Shown piece after piece: positions 1 to 14,136 of a stretch of 64,000 nt of DNA; within the stretch, counting starts at the first letter, position 1, and every line of letters begins with the position of its first letter. Source of the DNA: Malacoraja senta (taxonomy: Eukaryota). Below the pieces are notes generated by a model. It ran no database searches. It worked only from the letters and a program-made list of their open reading frames with translations, and had not been told where the DNA came from. The translations under genes and the position numbers were made by a program. Location: NCBI GenBank assembly GCA_038087875.1, contig CM075987.1, positions 24,678,001 to 24,742,000 on the forward strand. Direction: 5' to 3'.

Positions 1-114
1 GGCTATGACCTCTAGTCCTAGACTCTCCCACTAGTGGAAACATCCTCTCCACATCCACTCTATCCAGGCCTGTGACTTTGACGATCAGTTATTGGGATTT
101 TTTTCCACCTTCAG

Positions 115-420
115 TTTCGTTTAGTTTACAGATACAGCGCGGAAACAGGCCCATCGGCCCACAGAGTCCGCGCTGACCAGCGATCCCGCACATTAACACA
201 ATCCTAAACACACTAGGGACAATTCTACATTTATACCATGCCAATGAACCTACAAACCTGTACGTCCTTGGAGTGTGGGAGGAAACCGGAAAAACCCACG
301 CAGATCACGGGGAGAACGTACAAACTCTGTACAGACAGCACCCGTAGTCGGATGCAACCCGGGTCTCCGGCGCTTCAAGCGGTGTAAGGCAGCAACTCTA
401 CCGCTGCGCCACCATGCCGT
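115..420 (-). mobile_element. HE1-type tRNA-derived V-SINE
   Basis: tRNA head GGCATGGTGGCGCAGCGGTAGAG, central domain, HER1-like tail with (CTAAA)n. Confidence 0.9.
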
Positions 421-594
421 CCAAAACTCCACCTTCTGGCCTGCTCAACATTACAATGGTAGGTCTAGGGTCTCAACTGTCCAAGGGTCGAGGTGTTATT
501 CCACGTAGTTTCATAATGGCGTTCTGCAATATACTGGAGTATTTATGACACATTGCTGACATTTGAACTGTACATATGGTTAACATGGCCCGCT

Positions 595-902
595 GCACAG
601 CGGTGGCACAACGGTAGAGTTGCTGCCTTACAGCACCAGAGACCCGGGTTTGATCTCGTCTACGGGTACTGTCTGTACGGAGTTTGTACGTTCTCCCCGT
701 GACCGCGTGGGTTTACTCCGAGATCTTTGGTTTCCTCCCACACTCCGAAGACGTACAGGTTTGTAGGTTAATTGGCTTGGTGTAATTGTAAATTTTACCC
801 CTAGTGTGTGTAGAATAATGTTAGTGTGCAGGGATCGCTGGTCGGCGCGGACTCGGTGGGCTGAAGGGCCTGTTTCCCTGCTGAATCTCTAAACTAAACT
901 AA
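595..902 (+). mobile_element. HE1-type SINE
   Basis: Full-length consensus match with (CTAAA)n tail. Confidence 0.9.
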
Positions 903-1717
903 AGTGGAAAATAAGGTTGCACAACCAGAAATAATATCAGCTGTATGTCTCAAAAAGTGTTTTCATGATCCATGTACAAAATCTCATCAATTGCATAGCT
1001 TACTTAGCCCTGCCTGTTCTGAACCGTCAATGCAAAAATGACACCAAAGTACTGTGCAGTGGGATAAATGGGCCAGTTCAGTAAAAGCGTGCCTTTTATC
1101 TCGCTAAGAAAGGTTTAAGTATGATACGTATATCCTGACTGAAACCATTGGAGTGAAGGAAAGTGTGGGTGAGTGGCCAAATTCTATTAAAAAAAAGGCA
1201 TTCCCTATTATAAAGGGATTATACTCTAGAATAGAATAATTACCTTTAGTAAACTCACTCTACAATTTTGCAAAACACGGCTAATGATACTGAAAGCGAT
1301 TTTACTTTACAAAATCATCTACTTTTATCTTCATTGCCCAGGCAGTTAGTGGGCTTTCCTGAAGATTTTCCCCTGGCAATCTTTAGCTTTACGCACTCCC
1401 ACAGCTGGATTATCACTGTTTTCAATAGGTTTGAAACACTGAGGTTAACATGCATTTTAACAGAGCCATTAACGGAGCAAAAATCCAATCCCAAGGTATT
1501 TTGCAGGAGCAATAATATGTACGGAGTTGTCAGGACAGCTGATGTAAGGCTTGGCCAACGGTGTTTTGTTTTTAGTGGATGCTTTAGTTTAGTTTTAAAG
1601 ATACAGCATGAAAAGGGGTTCTTCGGCCCGTCGAGTCCATTCCGACCATCAATCACCCGTTCTATCTGAACCCCCACGTTCTCATCAGCTCTCTACACGC
1701 TGGGGGCAATGAAATTG

Positions 1718-2040
1718 GGCGGTCACGGTGGTGCAGCGGTAGAGTTGCTGCCTTACAGCGGCGGAGACCCGGGTTCGATCCCGGCTACGGGTGCTGTCTG
1801 TATGGAGTTTGTACGTTCTACTACCCGTGACCTCCGTGGGTTTTCTCTGGGATCATCAGTTTTCTCCCGCACTACACAAACGTAGTTTGTTGGTTAATTG
1901 GCTTGGTAAATGTTTTTTAAAAAATTGTCCTTAGTGGTTGTAGGATAGTGTTAATGTGCGGGGATCGCTGTTCGGTGCGGACTCAGTGGGCCGAAGGGCC
2001 TGTTTCCGTGCTGTATCTCTAAAACTAAAAACTAAAACAA
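1718..2040 (+). mobile_element. HE1-type SINE
   Basis: A/B boxes (GGTTCGATCCC) and tail GGGCCGAAGGGCCTGTTTCC. Confidence 0.9.
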
Positions 2041-2303
2041 AAAACTGAGGATGGAAAAATCCAGTCCACCTTCAAATTCCATGGTCACGACATTAACCTG
2101 TAAGATTAATGATTTTGTAAAGCAATACTATGTTTGGTCTGAAGAAGGGTCTCGACCGTAACGTCACCCATTCCTTCTCTCCAGAGATGCTGCCTGTCCC
2201 GCTGAGTTACTCCAGCATTTCGTGTCTTTCTTCGATTTAAACCAGTATCTGTAGCTCCTTCCTATAACACGATGTTTACATATTCTGCTGTGCTGTTGCA
2301 AGA

Positions 2304-2476
2304 TTTGCCTCCATCACAGTGAGGATGTGCTTGGTGAACTCACTGTGGTGGATGTTTAATTTGTGTTTATTGTATGTTTTGTTATTATTGGTTCTGTGTA
2401 TGACTGCAGGCAACATAATTTCGTTCAGACCGAAAGGTCTGAATGACAATAAAGGAATCTATCTATCTATCTATCT
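2304..2476 (+). mobile_element. 3' end of the same GC-rich retroposon family, nested in a Rex1-type tail
   Basis: CCATCACAGTGAG...CTCACTGTGGTGG hairpin; TTCAGACC-GAAA-GGTCTGAA-TGACAATAAA-(TCTA)n. Confidence 0.72.
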
Positions 2477-3468
2477 AGCAAGAATGTCATTGTTCTATCT
2501 GGGACATCTGACAATAAAACACTCTTTACTCTTGATTTGTGCTTAAAAACATAATGATGATTTCATTCTCAACACACGGTAGATTTGCTGACTTACAGCG
2601 CTTGCAGGGCCGGAGACCCAGGTTCGATCCCGACTACGGGTGCTGTCTGTACGGAGTTTGTACGTTCTTCCCGTGACCTGCGTGGGGTTTTCTCCGAGAT
2701 CTTCGGTTTCCTCCCACACTCCAAAGGCGTACAGGTTTGTGTATGTGTAAAATTGTCCCTAGTGTGTGCAGAGTAGTTTTAATGTGCGGGGATTGCTGGT
2801 CAGTGCGGACTCGGTGGGCCAAAATTCCGCACTGTATCACTGACACGAGACACTCATCACATCACAGACTCTACACATACAGCACCTGAGGTCAGGATTG
2901 TGATTGAATCGGGTGTGGAAAAGCATACAGGAAGTTGAGAAGGAAGACACAAAGTATTGTGGTATCTCAGCAGGTCATGTGGAGAAATAGGACGGGTCTA
3001 GCAGAAGCCAGGTCTGGGGCATTGTGAGGCAGCAGCACTGTCATCTGCAGCAATGTGCCGCCCCGCATGTTGAACAAGAGGTTGGAACATCGAGGCAGAG
3101 ACGTCTAAGGGAGGGAATTTCGAAGATGAGGGCTTAGGCTGCCAATGGCAGATCTTTGAAAACAAGAGGCGAAAAATGATAGCAGGTTAGTTTGATTTGG
3201 AGGTACAGCATGGAAACAGGCACTGCGGCCCACCGAGTCCGCGCCGACCCACGAACACCCCGTACACTAGCACCATCCTACACACTAAGAACAATTTACA
3301 ATCTTTACTGAAGCCAATTAACCTATAAACTCGTTCGTCTGTGGAGTGTTGGAAGAAACCGGACACAAAATGCTGGAGTAACTCATTGGGCCCATCCCTG
3401 ATCTCCCCACCATCAAAGGGATTTACAGGAGGCTGCCTCAAAAAGGCATCCAGCATCACCATTTATAC

Positions 3469-3640
<172 letters not shown>

Positions 3641-5328
3641 ATGTATATATGTGATTGATATATACAGTATATATACCAACCTCCTCATTTACACTAATCC
3701 TACACTTATCTGATACAACATTCTTCTCTCCATATTGTTATCAACCCCCCCCCCCCCCACTTCATTCTAACATTCACCTGAACACAAGGGGCAATTTACA
3801 GCACCCACTTAACCGACCAACACATATGCCTTTTGGACGTAGGGCGAAACCGGAGCCCTCAGGGGAAACCCATGCGGTCACAGGGAGAACGGGCAAACTC
3901 CACACAGACAGCGGCCGAGGTCAGGATCGACGGGGAGTCTCTGGCAGCATGTCTACCAGCTGCCCTACTGCGCCCCTCCATGGACTAACATTCCACTCGA
4001 CTAATGTAACTGGGTTGTTTCTGCATCTCAATAGACAATTACGGCATCTTACCCTGAACTGTAGAACAACCCTTGGCACAAGTTGCAAACAATACATTCA
4101 AAGCTCTTGCATTTGTCATTCAACACAGTTTAGACTGACCTTCAGCTGAACTTGTGAACAATTTTTAGAAATGATTAGAATTATTGTACCTAACCGAGCA
4201 ATTACTTGTAGCTCGAGCGCTGCCACATATCATTACGAAGTGGAAAAGGGCCAGAGGTGAGGGTCAGGAACACAAACTGCATCCCCACAGCATCCAGAAC
4301 GCGTGACACGTGTCCTCTGTGTATTGTTCCAGTGATATGATGGATGTGCTCTTATTTGGAGCGGGTTCACGCACTCGTATTGGTAATGCTGGGTGACAGC
4401 GCTACGCTGTGTAAAACAGATGATCACCTTCTGAGAGGACCACGAGAAATTGCAGAGTTGTGACCGCAAGACGTTCCTCAGGTCTCCGACCCGAAACGCC
4501 ACCGATTGCTTTTCTCCAGACATGCTGCCTGACCCGCTGAATTACTCCAGCTTTTTTTGTGTCTATCTTCGGTTTAAACGAACATCTGCAGTTCCTTCCT
4601 ACACGTCTTGGGTCAGGGCCTCCCTCAGACCCATCTCTTTCTTCAGTCTGAAGAAAGGTCCAGATCTGAACGTCACCTACACATGTTCTCCCGCCGAGTT
4701 ACTCCAGCACTTTGCACCTTTCCTTGGTCAACCAGCATCTGCAGTTCCTTGTTTCTACATAACAGACATTCCAAAGCCAATTTACAGAATATATCAGAAC
4801 ATGCCAAATTGGATGCAAGTCAGATAACAGCTCTTGTCAAGTCAAGGAATAAGTCTTTGGCATCCTGGTATCTTGGTATCTTGACAGTCCTGTGCTTTGC
4901 TAACCCAGCCCTGAGCTACTATTTACCCCATTGGAGACTCTCGGACTATCTTTAATTGGACTTTGCTGGAATATCTTGCACTAGATGTTATTCCTGTTAT
5001 CATGTATCTGTGCACTGTGGATGGCTTGACTGTAATCATAACTGCATAGCTCGCAACTAAAGAGGTTTTCACTGTACCTCGTTAATAAACTAAACTTATA
5101 CGTGACAATAAACTAAATCAGCCTACAAATCTGCACGTCTTTGGTGTGTGGGAGGAAACCGGGGCATCAGAAGAAAACCCACGCGGTCACGGGGAGAACG
5201 AACAGGCAGCACCCGTAGTCAGGATCGAACCCAGGTCTCTGCGCTGTGAGGCAGCAACTCTACCGCTGTGCCACCGCGCCGCCTGACTGCTGATCTCACC
5301 TCTAAGTTGCGAGTTTTACGTTGAGTAA

Positions 5329-6064
5329 AGCCCCTGTCCCATTTAGGAAACCTGAACGGAAACCTCTGGTGACCTTGCCCGCGACCCAAGGTTTCCATGA
5401 GGTCGCCGGAGGTTTCCGTCACTCGCCTGGAAAGCCTCGAGCTGGATCGACCGAAGCGTGAGCTGCATCTGCCGACCGCACACACACACACACACAAACA
5501 CATTGCGAAGGTGGGGGCCATGGAGAACGGAGGAGCGCTGTCTGCGCGATGAAGAGGAAGGTAAACGGCTGCCACAGAGCATGGTAAGTCCTTTAGAGAG
5601 CGCGGGGGGGGGGGGGGTGGGGGTGGAGAAGGGGAGAGAAGCAGAGAAAGGGGAGAGAAGGGAAGGCGAAGGGGAGAGAAGTGGGGGAGAAGGGGTGGAG
5701 ACAGTTTTAAGAAGTTTATTAAAGTTTAGTGGGCATTTTACCTACCGGTGGGTCTTCTAGGTCGTGAAACTCCAATGAGCCAATCAAAATGGCCGGTCAG
5801 CGAAGGAGATGGCCTTCGACTGCCTGCAAGTAAATAGCGACCCCACTCCACTGGCTTCCACCAAACGGCAACCTATTTTAGTTGAGGCCGGTTTTGATCA
5901 TGTTGAAACAATCGAAACAACCTAGAAGAAGCCTCGACCACGCGGAAACCACTTTCGACCATTAGGGAGAGTGACCAAAACCACCGGCGACCTCATGGAA
6001 ACCTTGGGTCGCGGGCAAGGTCACCAGAGGTTTCCGTTCAAGTTTCCTAAGTGGGACAGGGGCT
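5329..6064. mobile_element. PIF/Harbinger-type MITE with ~81-bp TIRs and TAA TSD
   Basis: TAA|AGCCCCTGTCCCA...TGGGACAGGGGCT|TAA; the TIRs differ at 2 positions over ~81 bp. Confidence 0.92.
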
Positions 6065-6693
6065 TAAGAATGGGACACAGAGTCAGTGTCATACGTACAG
6101 TGTTGAAAGAGGCCCCTTAGTCCAACATGTCCCATCTAAACTAATCCCATTTGCCCGCATTTGGCCTATATCCCTTTTAGACTTCCCAAGCCATGTACTA
6201 TCCAAGTGTTTTTTTGTAATGCTTCTGTTGTATCTGCCTCAAGTACCTCCTCTGGCAGCTTGTTCCATATACCCAGCACTCTCTGAGTGGAAAGGATGTC
6301 CCTCAGGTTCCCATTAAATCTTGGCCCTCGCACCTTAAACCTGTGTCCTCTGCTTTATGATTCCCGTACCCCTGGGTGAAAGACCCAATCTATCCCATTC
6401 ATCATTTTATAGCCTCATTGTCATGCCTCTCATGAAGCACTGCAGGGAAGGATATGCTTCTCGACCACAGACTCAGTCATGGCTATTTTAATGGTGAGTG
6501 CACCTGTTTATACCACCTCCCTATCGATTTTCCCCACACTGAGATAAGTCATTGCACCACCTTATCTTACAAGAGACAGGAAGGTTTGCCACTGTGTGTA
6601 GCCTTTAGACTCCAGACTTTAGAGCAACAGCGTGGAAACAGGCTCTTCGGTCCAATCATGGCTGAACTGCGATTTCCACTATCCCCCGAATAG

Positions 6694-7030
6694 TGAAAGG
6701 CCTGGATGGAGTGCATGTGGAGAGGATGTTTCCACCAGTGGGAGAGTCCAGGACCAGAGGTCAGAGCCTCAGAATTAAAGGATGTTCCTTTAAGAAAGTG
6801 ATGAGGAGGAATTTATTAAGTCAGAGGGTGGTGAATCTGTGGAGTTCATTGCCACATAAGGTTGTGCAGACCAAGTCAAGGGATATTTCTAAGGCAGAGA
6901 TAGATAGATTCTTGATTAGTACGGGTGTCAGGGGTTATGGGGAGAAGGCAGGAGAATGGGGTTCGGAGGATGAGATATGGTGAGTAGACTTGATGGGCCG
7001 AATAGCCTAGTTCTGCTCCTAACACTTATG
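6694..7030 (+). mobile_element. CR1/HER1 3' fragment
   Basis: KGLDGVHVERMFP..ESRTRGQSLRIKG..QRVVNLWSSLP..GYGEKAGEWG. Confidence 0.9.
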
Positions 7031-7767
7031 AACATTCAGAGTCCAGCATCAGAATTTGTCATTACTTTCACCTACATTGATTTATCGTCCTTGCAAATGC
7101 CAAGTCCAGAGCGATTAAACTTTTAAACCAGCCAGGCTTGCGTATCCAAGGTGGCGGAGATCCCAAACAAAAACCTTGTACACATTTTCAAGGATTTAGT
7201 TTTTGGAAAAATTAAATAGTAATGAAACAGACGGTATCAACAGTTCAAAGGGCACTTGTTGGTTTCAGCTATTAGCATCCTCGCCCAGCTGCCTGCATTA
7301 AATCGATTATTTAATTTGACTAAAATAAAATACGTTTCACTGCAACCTCGTGGCAATTGCTTGAAAAGACCGTCAGCTTTTATCAGATGGACAGAATCCA
7401 TCCCAGGTTATAAATTTTATTGATGAGAATTTATAGCTAATATCACACCGGGCAAGTCACCCAAATGCAAAGGGCTTCAGTGATACGGCAGAGGTATATT
7501 TCTAGTGTGAGATCGATAGCTGATTTATAGAAGTTGTCATGGATGGGACTTACAACATTTCTGTGCTGCCGGCTTGTATAGTGGCAAACAGACTCCGGAA
7601 AGTCACCTGAAAGTTATTCTGGCAAGCTGGGAAAGTGCCGTACTTTTTGGCTTGTTGCAAGTTTATGGTATTTTCTACAATACACTGAAAAAACGATTTT
7701 AAAACTGAGATGGTAAACACAAATAAAACTGCAGTTGCTGGAATCTGAAACAAAAACTGAAATACTG

Positions 7768-8098
7768 GGCGTTGCGGTGGCGCAGCGGTAGAGTTGCTGC
7801 CTTGCAGTGTGTACGGCGCCAGAGACCCGGGTGCGATCCCGACTACGGGTGCTGTCTGTACGGAGTTTGTACGTTCCTCCCCGTGACCTGCGTGGGTTTT
7901 CTCCGAGATCTTTGCTTTCCTCCCACACCCCAAAGGCGCACAGGTTTGTAGTTTAATTGACGGTGTGAATGTAAAATTGTCCCTGGTGTGTGAAGGGTAG
8001 GATTTTAATGTGCGGGGATCGCTGGTCAGTGCGGACTCGGTGGGCCTAAGGACCTGCTTCCGTGCTGTTACTCAAAACTAAAATAAAATAAAATAAAC
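7768..8098 (+). mobile_element. HE1-type SINE
   Basis: Full-length consensus match. Confidence 0.9.
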
Positions 8099-8169
8099 TG
8101 ATAGACCTCAGCCATAACTGAACCATCCTATCACCAACTAGAAAGTTGTCCTGACCTACCATCTACCTC

Positions 8170-8281
8170 TGAAGACCTACCATCCACCAGTCTGAAGAAG
8201 GGTTTCGGCCCGAAACGTTACCTATTTCCTTCGCTCCATAGATGCTGCTGCACCCGCTGAGTTTCTCCAGCATTTTTGTGT
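8170..8281 (+). mobile_element. Penelope-derived mini-element (subfamily B) with an intact hammerhead core motif and 16-bp TSD
   Basis: CTGAAGA-A-GGGTT-TC-GGCCC-GAAAC-GTT starting at 8192; TSD ACCTACCATCTACCTC at 8154-8169 and 8282-8297. Confidence 0.8.
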
Positions 8282-8691
8282 ACCTACCATCTACCTCACT
8301 GGATTCCCTCGGTCTATCTTTAACTGGACATTATCTTGCACTAATACCCTTTATCCTGTATCTGTACACTGTGGACGGCTTGATTGTAATCATGTAGTCT
8401 TTCCGCTGACTGGCTAGCATGCAACTAAAAAGCTTTTCACTGTTTTTCTCGGTACTCGTGGCAATAAACGAAACTAAACCAAATGTGTAGGAAGGAATTG
8501 CCGAAGCTGGTTTAAACCAAGATAGACACAAAAAGCTGGAGTAACTCAGCGGGTCGGACACAATCTCTGGAGTAAAGATAGAGGTGACGTTTCGGGTCGA
8601 GACCTTTCTTCAGACAACTAAAGCCATCTCTGTGGAAAAATAAACTAGCTAATGTTTCAGGTCCCCACTAGTTTCCATTTCCAAAGATGCT

Positions 8692-8891
8692 NNNNNNNNN
8701 NNNNNNNNNNNNNNNNNNNNNNNNNNNNNNNNNNNNNNNNNNNNNNNNNNNNNNNNNNNNNNNNNNNNNNNNNNNNNNNNNNNNNNNNNNNNNNNNNNNN
8801 NNNNNNNNNNNNNNNNNNNNNNNNNNNNNNNNNNNNNNNNNNNNNNNNNNNNNNNNNNNNNNNNNNNNNNNNNNNNNNNNNNNNNNNNNNN
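8692..8891. other. Assembly gap, 200 N (fixed-size scaffold spacer, true size unknown)
   Basis: Run of exactly 200 N. Confidence 0.99.
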
Positions 8892-9914
8892 TTTTTTTTA
8901 AACATTTAAAAATTTAAAATCACATTTTATTTTATTACATTTTATTATATTATGTTGAAAAAGGACGTAGCTTTGGAAAGGAGATGAGGCGGAATTTCTT
9001 TGGTCAGAGATCTTAGGGCTAACCAAGGGATATGGTGAAAAAGCAGGAACGGGGTACTGGTTCTGGATGATCAGCCATGATCATATTGAATGGCGGTGCT
9101 GGTTCGATGGGCTGAGTGGCCTACTCCAGCACCTACTGCATGTTATATGTTTCTTTGTTTCTCTTCAGGACAAGGCCAGTGAAGAACATGCCAAGGATTT
9201 AAAATAATCATCCACCTGACAGCGACTTCCAAGAGAAAAACATGTCAAATGGTTTGTGTTGGTCGACAAAAATGCAGTAGAAGGGTCTCGACCCGAAACG
9301 TCGCCTATTTCCTTCGCTCCATAGATGCTGCCTCCATAGATGCTGAGTTTCTCCAGCATTTTTGTCTACCTTCAATTTTTCCAACATCTGCAGTTCTTTC
9401 TTAAACAAGTGGTTTGTGTTGATCAGAAGGAAATGACTAATTATCAATTACTTGAGCATTTGAAGAACGTTTTTTCACAAAGCGATTTTCAAGCTTTGTC
9501 CCTCGGGAGAAGTTTCATCCGTTGGCCCTGGATAGTTGAAATGTGCAAGTAAATGTGTTTTTATTTGTTTGAGTGGTCAGAGAATGGTGTGCCAGAACGT
9601 CTAGCATCTCTTGCTGATGAGAAAAAGCTCCTCAGAGCTACACCATGTCAGGAAATGACACATGCAATTGTACAAAGTTGTGGAACTTGCTTTAACATAT
9701 TCAACATTTTTCCTTTCCTGCAAAGTTAACTGTTGAAAGGCTCAAGAGTGGAACAGTCACCTGCATTCAAAATGAAGAAGGCCATGCCAGAAAAGTGCAT
9801 TGTAGTACATACAAGCTCATACAAGGAGCAGGCCCTGCAAGCCTGCTGTGCCTATTGATAAGACGATGACTATAACCTCATCTTAGCATTCCTGCCTGTA
9901 CAGGTAGTTGTGCT

Positions 9915-10420
9915 ATAACCCTCCAGATTCAGGGACAGTTTCTTCCCAGCTGTTATCAGGCAATTGAATCATCCTACCACAACTGGAGAGCGGTACTGAA
10001 CTACGATCTGGGCAGTCATGGTGGCACAGCGGTAGAGTTGCTGCCTTACAGCAAAAATGCAGCGCCAGAGACCCTGGTTCGACCCCGACTACGGGTACTG
10101 TCTGTATGGAGTTTGTACGTTCTCCCCGTGATCTGCGTGGGTTTTCTCCGAGATCTTCGGTTTCCTCCCGCACTCCAAAGACGTCAGGTTTGTAGGTTAA
10201 TTGGCATGATTAATTGGCTTGATAAAAATGTGAAATTGTCCAAGTTGGCGATATGCAGAGTACTGCCCTGCTGACTACAAAATTCAGAAGGTTCAGAAGA
10301 AGGTACTATCTACCTCGTTGGTGACCCTCGGACTGTCCTTGATTGGAATGCGATGGTTTAACGTTGCACTAAACGTTATTCCCTTATCATGTGTCTATAC
10401 ACTGTCAATGGCTCGACTGC
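9915..10420 (+). mobile_element. Rex1/Babar-type LINE 3' end, interrupted by an HE1 SINE (~10010-10240)
   Basis: Encodes RFRDSFFPAVIRQLN, a typical Rex1 C-terminus. The same UTR occurs at ~4900-5120, 8100-8480, 32710-32900(-), 44050-44290(-) and 55960-56400. Confidence 0.7.
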
Positions 10421-11811
10421 CTGTTCTGTTTCCATGTAGCTCTCTCACAATATTAGACATCATTGTCTCTTCAACACAACTGCTACTTTAACCACAGAAT
10501 GCCTTTGAAATTGAACGCAATCACCTCTATTGCCACTTACGTAATCATACTCTATTATACAGCCTTCAGTAATTTTAGTGTCCAGTTACAATAAATAAAC
10601 ATTGCTACTAAAAAGACCTTCCTTTTTGAAAATCTTGTGGGAAGAATGACTTGTGCAGGAAGGAACTGCGGATGCTGGTTTTTTTTAACCGAAGATAGGC
10701 ACAAAATGCTGGAGCAACTTGGGTGTCATAGTGGCACAGCGGTAGAGTTGCTGCCTTACAGCTCCAGAAACCCACGCGGTCACAGGGAGAACGCACAAAA
10801 CTCCGTACAGACATGCGCCCGTAGTCAGGATCGTAGCTGGGTCTCTGGCGCTGGGAGGCAGCAGCTCTACCGCTGCACCACGTGCCGCCCTCCATGAGAG
10901 GTTATGAGAGGTCGGGGAACGAAGGTGATCAGGATTAAAAAAGTGACACAGAGAAGATCTTCTTTCATGCAACATGATCTGCCTGGTGCTTTGTCAGGCA
11001 AAGTTGGGAAAGTGGGAACAGTGCGGAAAGTGAAGTTCAGGCCACGTTCAATAGACAGTAGACAATAGGTGCAGGAGTAGGCCATTCGGCCCTTCGAGCC
11101 AGCACCGCCATTCAATGTGATCATGACTCACGAGATCAGATGTGTGATTAATTAAGCAAGCGGTTGGCAAGGAGGGAAGGGTGGACGGAGTGGGAGGAGT
11201 GCGGGGAGCGGCCAGCACTACACAGACGGCCGGATGAAAATCCACGCCGATGCATTAAATCCACCTCTTGTTGCGGGTGGCATCAAGCAACTGCGGACAA
11301 CAGCAGGACGGAAGTTCATCGCCAAGGATGGAGATTCAATAGTTGTTTTAAAAGGAAGGCCAGATAACTCTCTGAAAGTTTTAGGAACATGTAGGGTTGT
11401 GGGCAAAAGGGTAGGGGGGATGGAGGGAGATGAGACTGGCTGGACTGCTCCTTCAACTTTGTGGGACGAAGGGCCTGTTTCCCTGCTATATCACTAAACT
11501 AAACTAAACTAAAAAAGCTTGGATGGATTTTTAGTTTAGTTTAGTGTAGAGATACAGCGTGGGAAACATCCCTTCGGCCCATCGAGTCCGTGCCAACCAG
11601 CGATCATCCCGTGCATTAGCACTATCCCAGACACTTGGGACAATTTTACATTACCTAAGCCAATTAACCTACAAACCTGCATGTCTTTGGAAGGTGGGAG
11701 GAAGCCGGAGCACCTGAAGAAAACCCACATGGTCCCAGGGAGAACGTGCAGACAGCACCAGTAGTCAGGATCAAACCCAGGTCTCTGGCACTGTCTCGTA
11801 ACTCTACCGTA

Positions 11812-12740
11812 ATGTACGTGATCGGTGGGCGGCACGACTCTCGTTTGCAGCGGCCTCTGCAGTCCGTCTGTCTTTTTATTATTTTTGTCTCGTTTCTATG
11901 TAGTTTTTATTATTTTTTTTGTCGGGGTATGTGTGTGTGGGGGGGGGGGGGGTGGGGGGGGGGGTGGGGGGGGGGGGTGGGGGGGGGGAAACTTTGAAAT
12001 CTTTCCCCTGCACGGAGACCCGACCTTTTCTTTGTCGGGTCTCCGTTGTCGTTGGGGCTGGGCAACGTGGAGCGGCCTCCAGCAGGAACGACCTGGGGCT
12101 CCAGTTGCGGAGCTGCGGACTACTCACCGTCGCGGGGCTGGCCGAGTCCGGAGCGGGTGGAGCTGTGGTGGAAACAATCGCTGCTGCTACCCGACCCCCG
12201 GAGATTCGGAGGCTACAACCGCGGGTCTGGCGGACGGCAACACCGGAAGCCCGTGGGTCCCCTGGTGGGAGACCGCTTTTCGGGGCTTCCGCAGCGACGA
12301 CTTCTCCCGCCCGAGTTGCGGGGTTGAAGAGCACCTGGAGCGGGGCTTTACATCGTCGCCCCGCGCGGCTTGGAATGGCCGCCGGACTTTGCGAGCGCGC
12401 GCCGGGGGCTCTAACACCAAGACCCGGTGCGCGACCTTGCATTAACCGGCGTGGCTTTAATGGCCGCGGGATAATCACCATCGCCCGCCGGGGGCTTTGA
12501 CTTTGACTCTGACATCGGGGGGGGGGGGGGGGGGGGGAGTGCAGTGGAGAGATACGTTTTTTTGCCTTCCATCACAGCGCTGTGATGGATGTATGTGTAA
12601 ATTGTGTTGTGTCTCGGGTCTTCTTCGTTTTGTAACGTATGGCTGCAGAAACGACATTTCGTTTGGACCTCAACGGGGTCCAAATGACAAATTTGTCCAA
12701 AAGACAAATAAACAAATTGAAATTGGAATTTGATTGATTT
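11812..12740 (+). mobile_element. GC-rich non-coding retroposon with a Rex1-type 3' tail (unclassified)
   Basis: CpG-rich body, G-runs and hairpins; 3' end ATTTCG-hairpin-TGACAA..ATAAA plus a short tandem tail; interrupts an HE1 SINE head. Confidence 0.7.
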
Positions 12741-13907
12741 TACCACCCTGGGGGATAATGGTTCTGACCATCCCATAATCTATCGGCCCTCTCTGCTGTC
12801 TCTATTCTACTTTGCTCAAATCCTCTGATCTGTCTACTATTTTGGCAGACAAGGTGGGGAAGAAGGAACGGCAGAGAAACTGAAGTTCAGGCCTGGTTCA
12901 GATAGAGTCATGCAGCACGGAAACAGGCCCTTCGGCCCAGCTTGCCCATGCCGACCAACGTGCCCCATCTCACCTGGTCCCATTAGCCGCGGTGGATTGG
13001 TGCACAAGTACTTTCAGGTGCCCTCAGCGGTGCCAGTGGTGAGATGAAAAACACAAACTAAAGAACCAACGAAGACTTATAAATTACAAAAGATACCGTG
13101 CCAGTGGGAAAACTTAGAACCACACAATTTGTCGCCATCATCCTGGTGAATTAATTTCATTTTGGAATTAATAATGAGGTCAAAGGTATCTTGCCAATGT
13201 GTTCTGTACATGGAACAGTGGAGCACAGCAACTAGTCCTTCACCCCACGATGTCTGGGCCGAACATGATGCCAAGCCAGAATTGTGTCTATCAACACGTA
13301 ATACATAGCCCTCCATTCCCTGAATATCCATGTGCCTATCCCAAAGACTCTCAAATGTCACTGTCATTTCTGCTTCAACCACCAGCCTGGCACCACGATC
13401 CAGACACTCATGACCCTTTGAGTAAAAAAAAACTTGTCCCGCACATCTCCTTTGAACTTTGTCTTTCTCACCTCACAGCTCGAGGATTTGAGTTTTATAC
13501 CCGGGGGGGGAAAGGTTCTGCCAGTCCACCCTTTATGTGCATGCCTCTCATATTTGTGTCCACTTCTACCAGGTCACCCTGCTTCTTTTTCATTCAAGGG
13601 AAAACAACCCAAAGTCGGCCCGAGCTCCACCTGTAGAAAGACCCAGGCATCATTCTGGTAAACCTCCTCTGCACCCTTTCCAAAGCCTTAGAGCCTTCAT
13701 AGAATCATTGACAACAAGAGATACCCAATTCAATTTTCCACTGAGCGGCACGGTGGCGCAGCGGTAGAGTTGCTGCCCCACAGCGCCAGGGATTGGGTTC
13801 GATCCTGACTACGGGTGCTTGTCTGTACGGAGTTTGTACGTTCTTCCGTGACCTGCGTGGATTTAAACTTAATAATGGGCAAAAAAACAAGATCAAATAG
13901 AACAAGT

Positions 13908-14136
13908 GTTTAAGAAGGAACTGCAGATGCTGGAAAATCCCAGGTACACAAAAATGCTGGAGAAACTCAGCGGGTGCAGCAGCATCTATGGAGCGAAGGA
14001 AATAGGCAACGTTTCGGGCCGAAACCCTTGGGTTTCGGCCCGAAACGTTGCCTATTTCCTTAAGGGTTATTTCCTTAAGGGGTTGCCTATTCCCTTAAGG
14101 GTTTCGGGCCGAAACGTTGCCTATTTCCTTCGCACC
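13908..14136. mobile_element. Penelope-derived foldback mini-element (subfamily B) with 16-bp TSD and a scrambled centre
   Basis: TSD ATCAAATAGAACAAGT at 13892-13907 and 14137-14152; GGGTTTCGGCCCGAAACGTTGCC units in both orientations. Confidence 0.85.

Noticed and set aside
595..680. tRNA genes at the many GGTGGCGCAGCGGTAGAG...GGTTCGATCC motifs
   Set aside because: These are tRNA-derived SINE heads that continue into SINE body and tail, with no proper cloverleaf or terminator.
11825..12500. Overlapping ~200-aa ORFs on both strands (also 46891-47516)
   Set aside because: Stop-poor GC-rich repeat sequence with low-complexity G/P/R/A translations and no recognisable domain.
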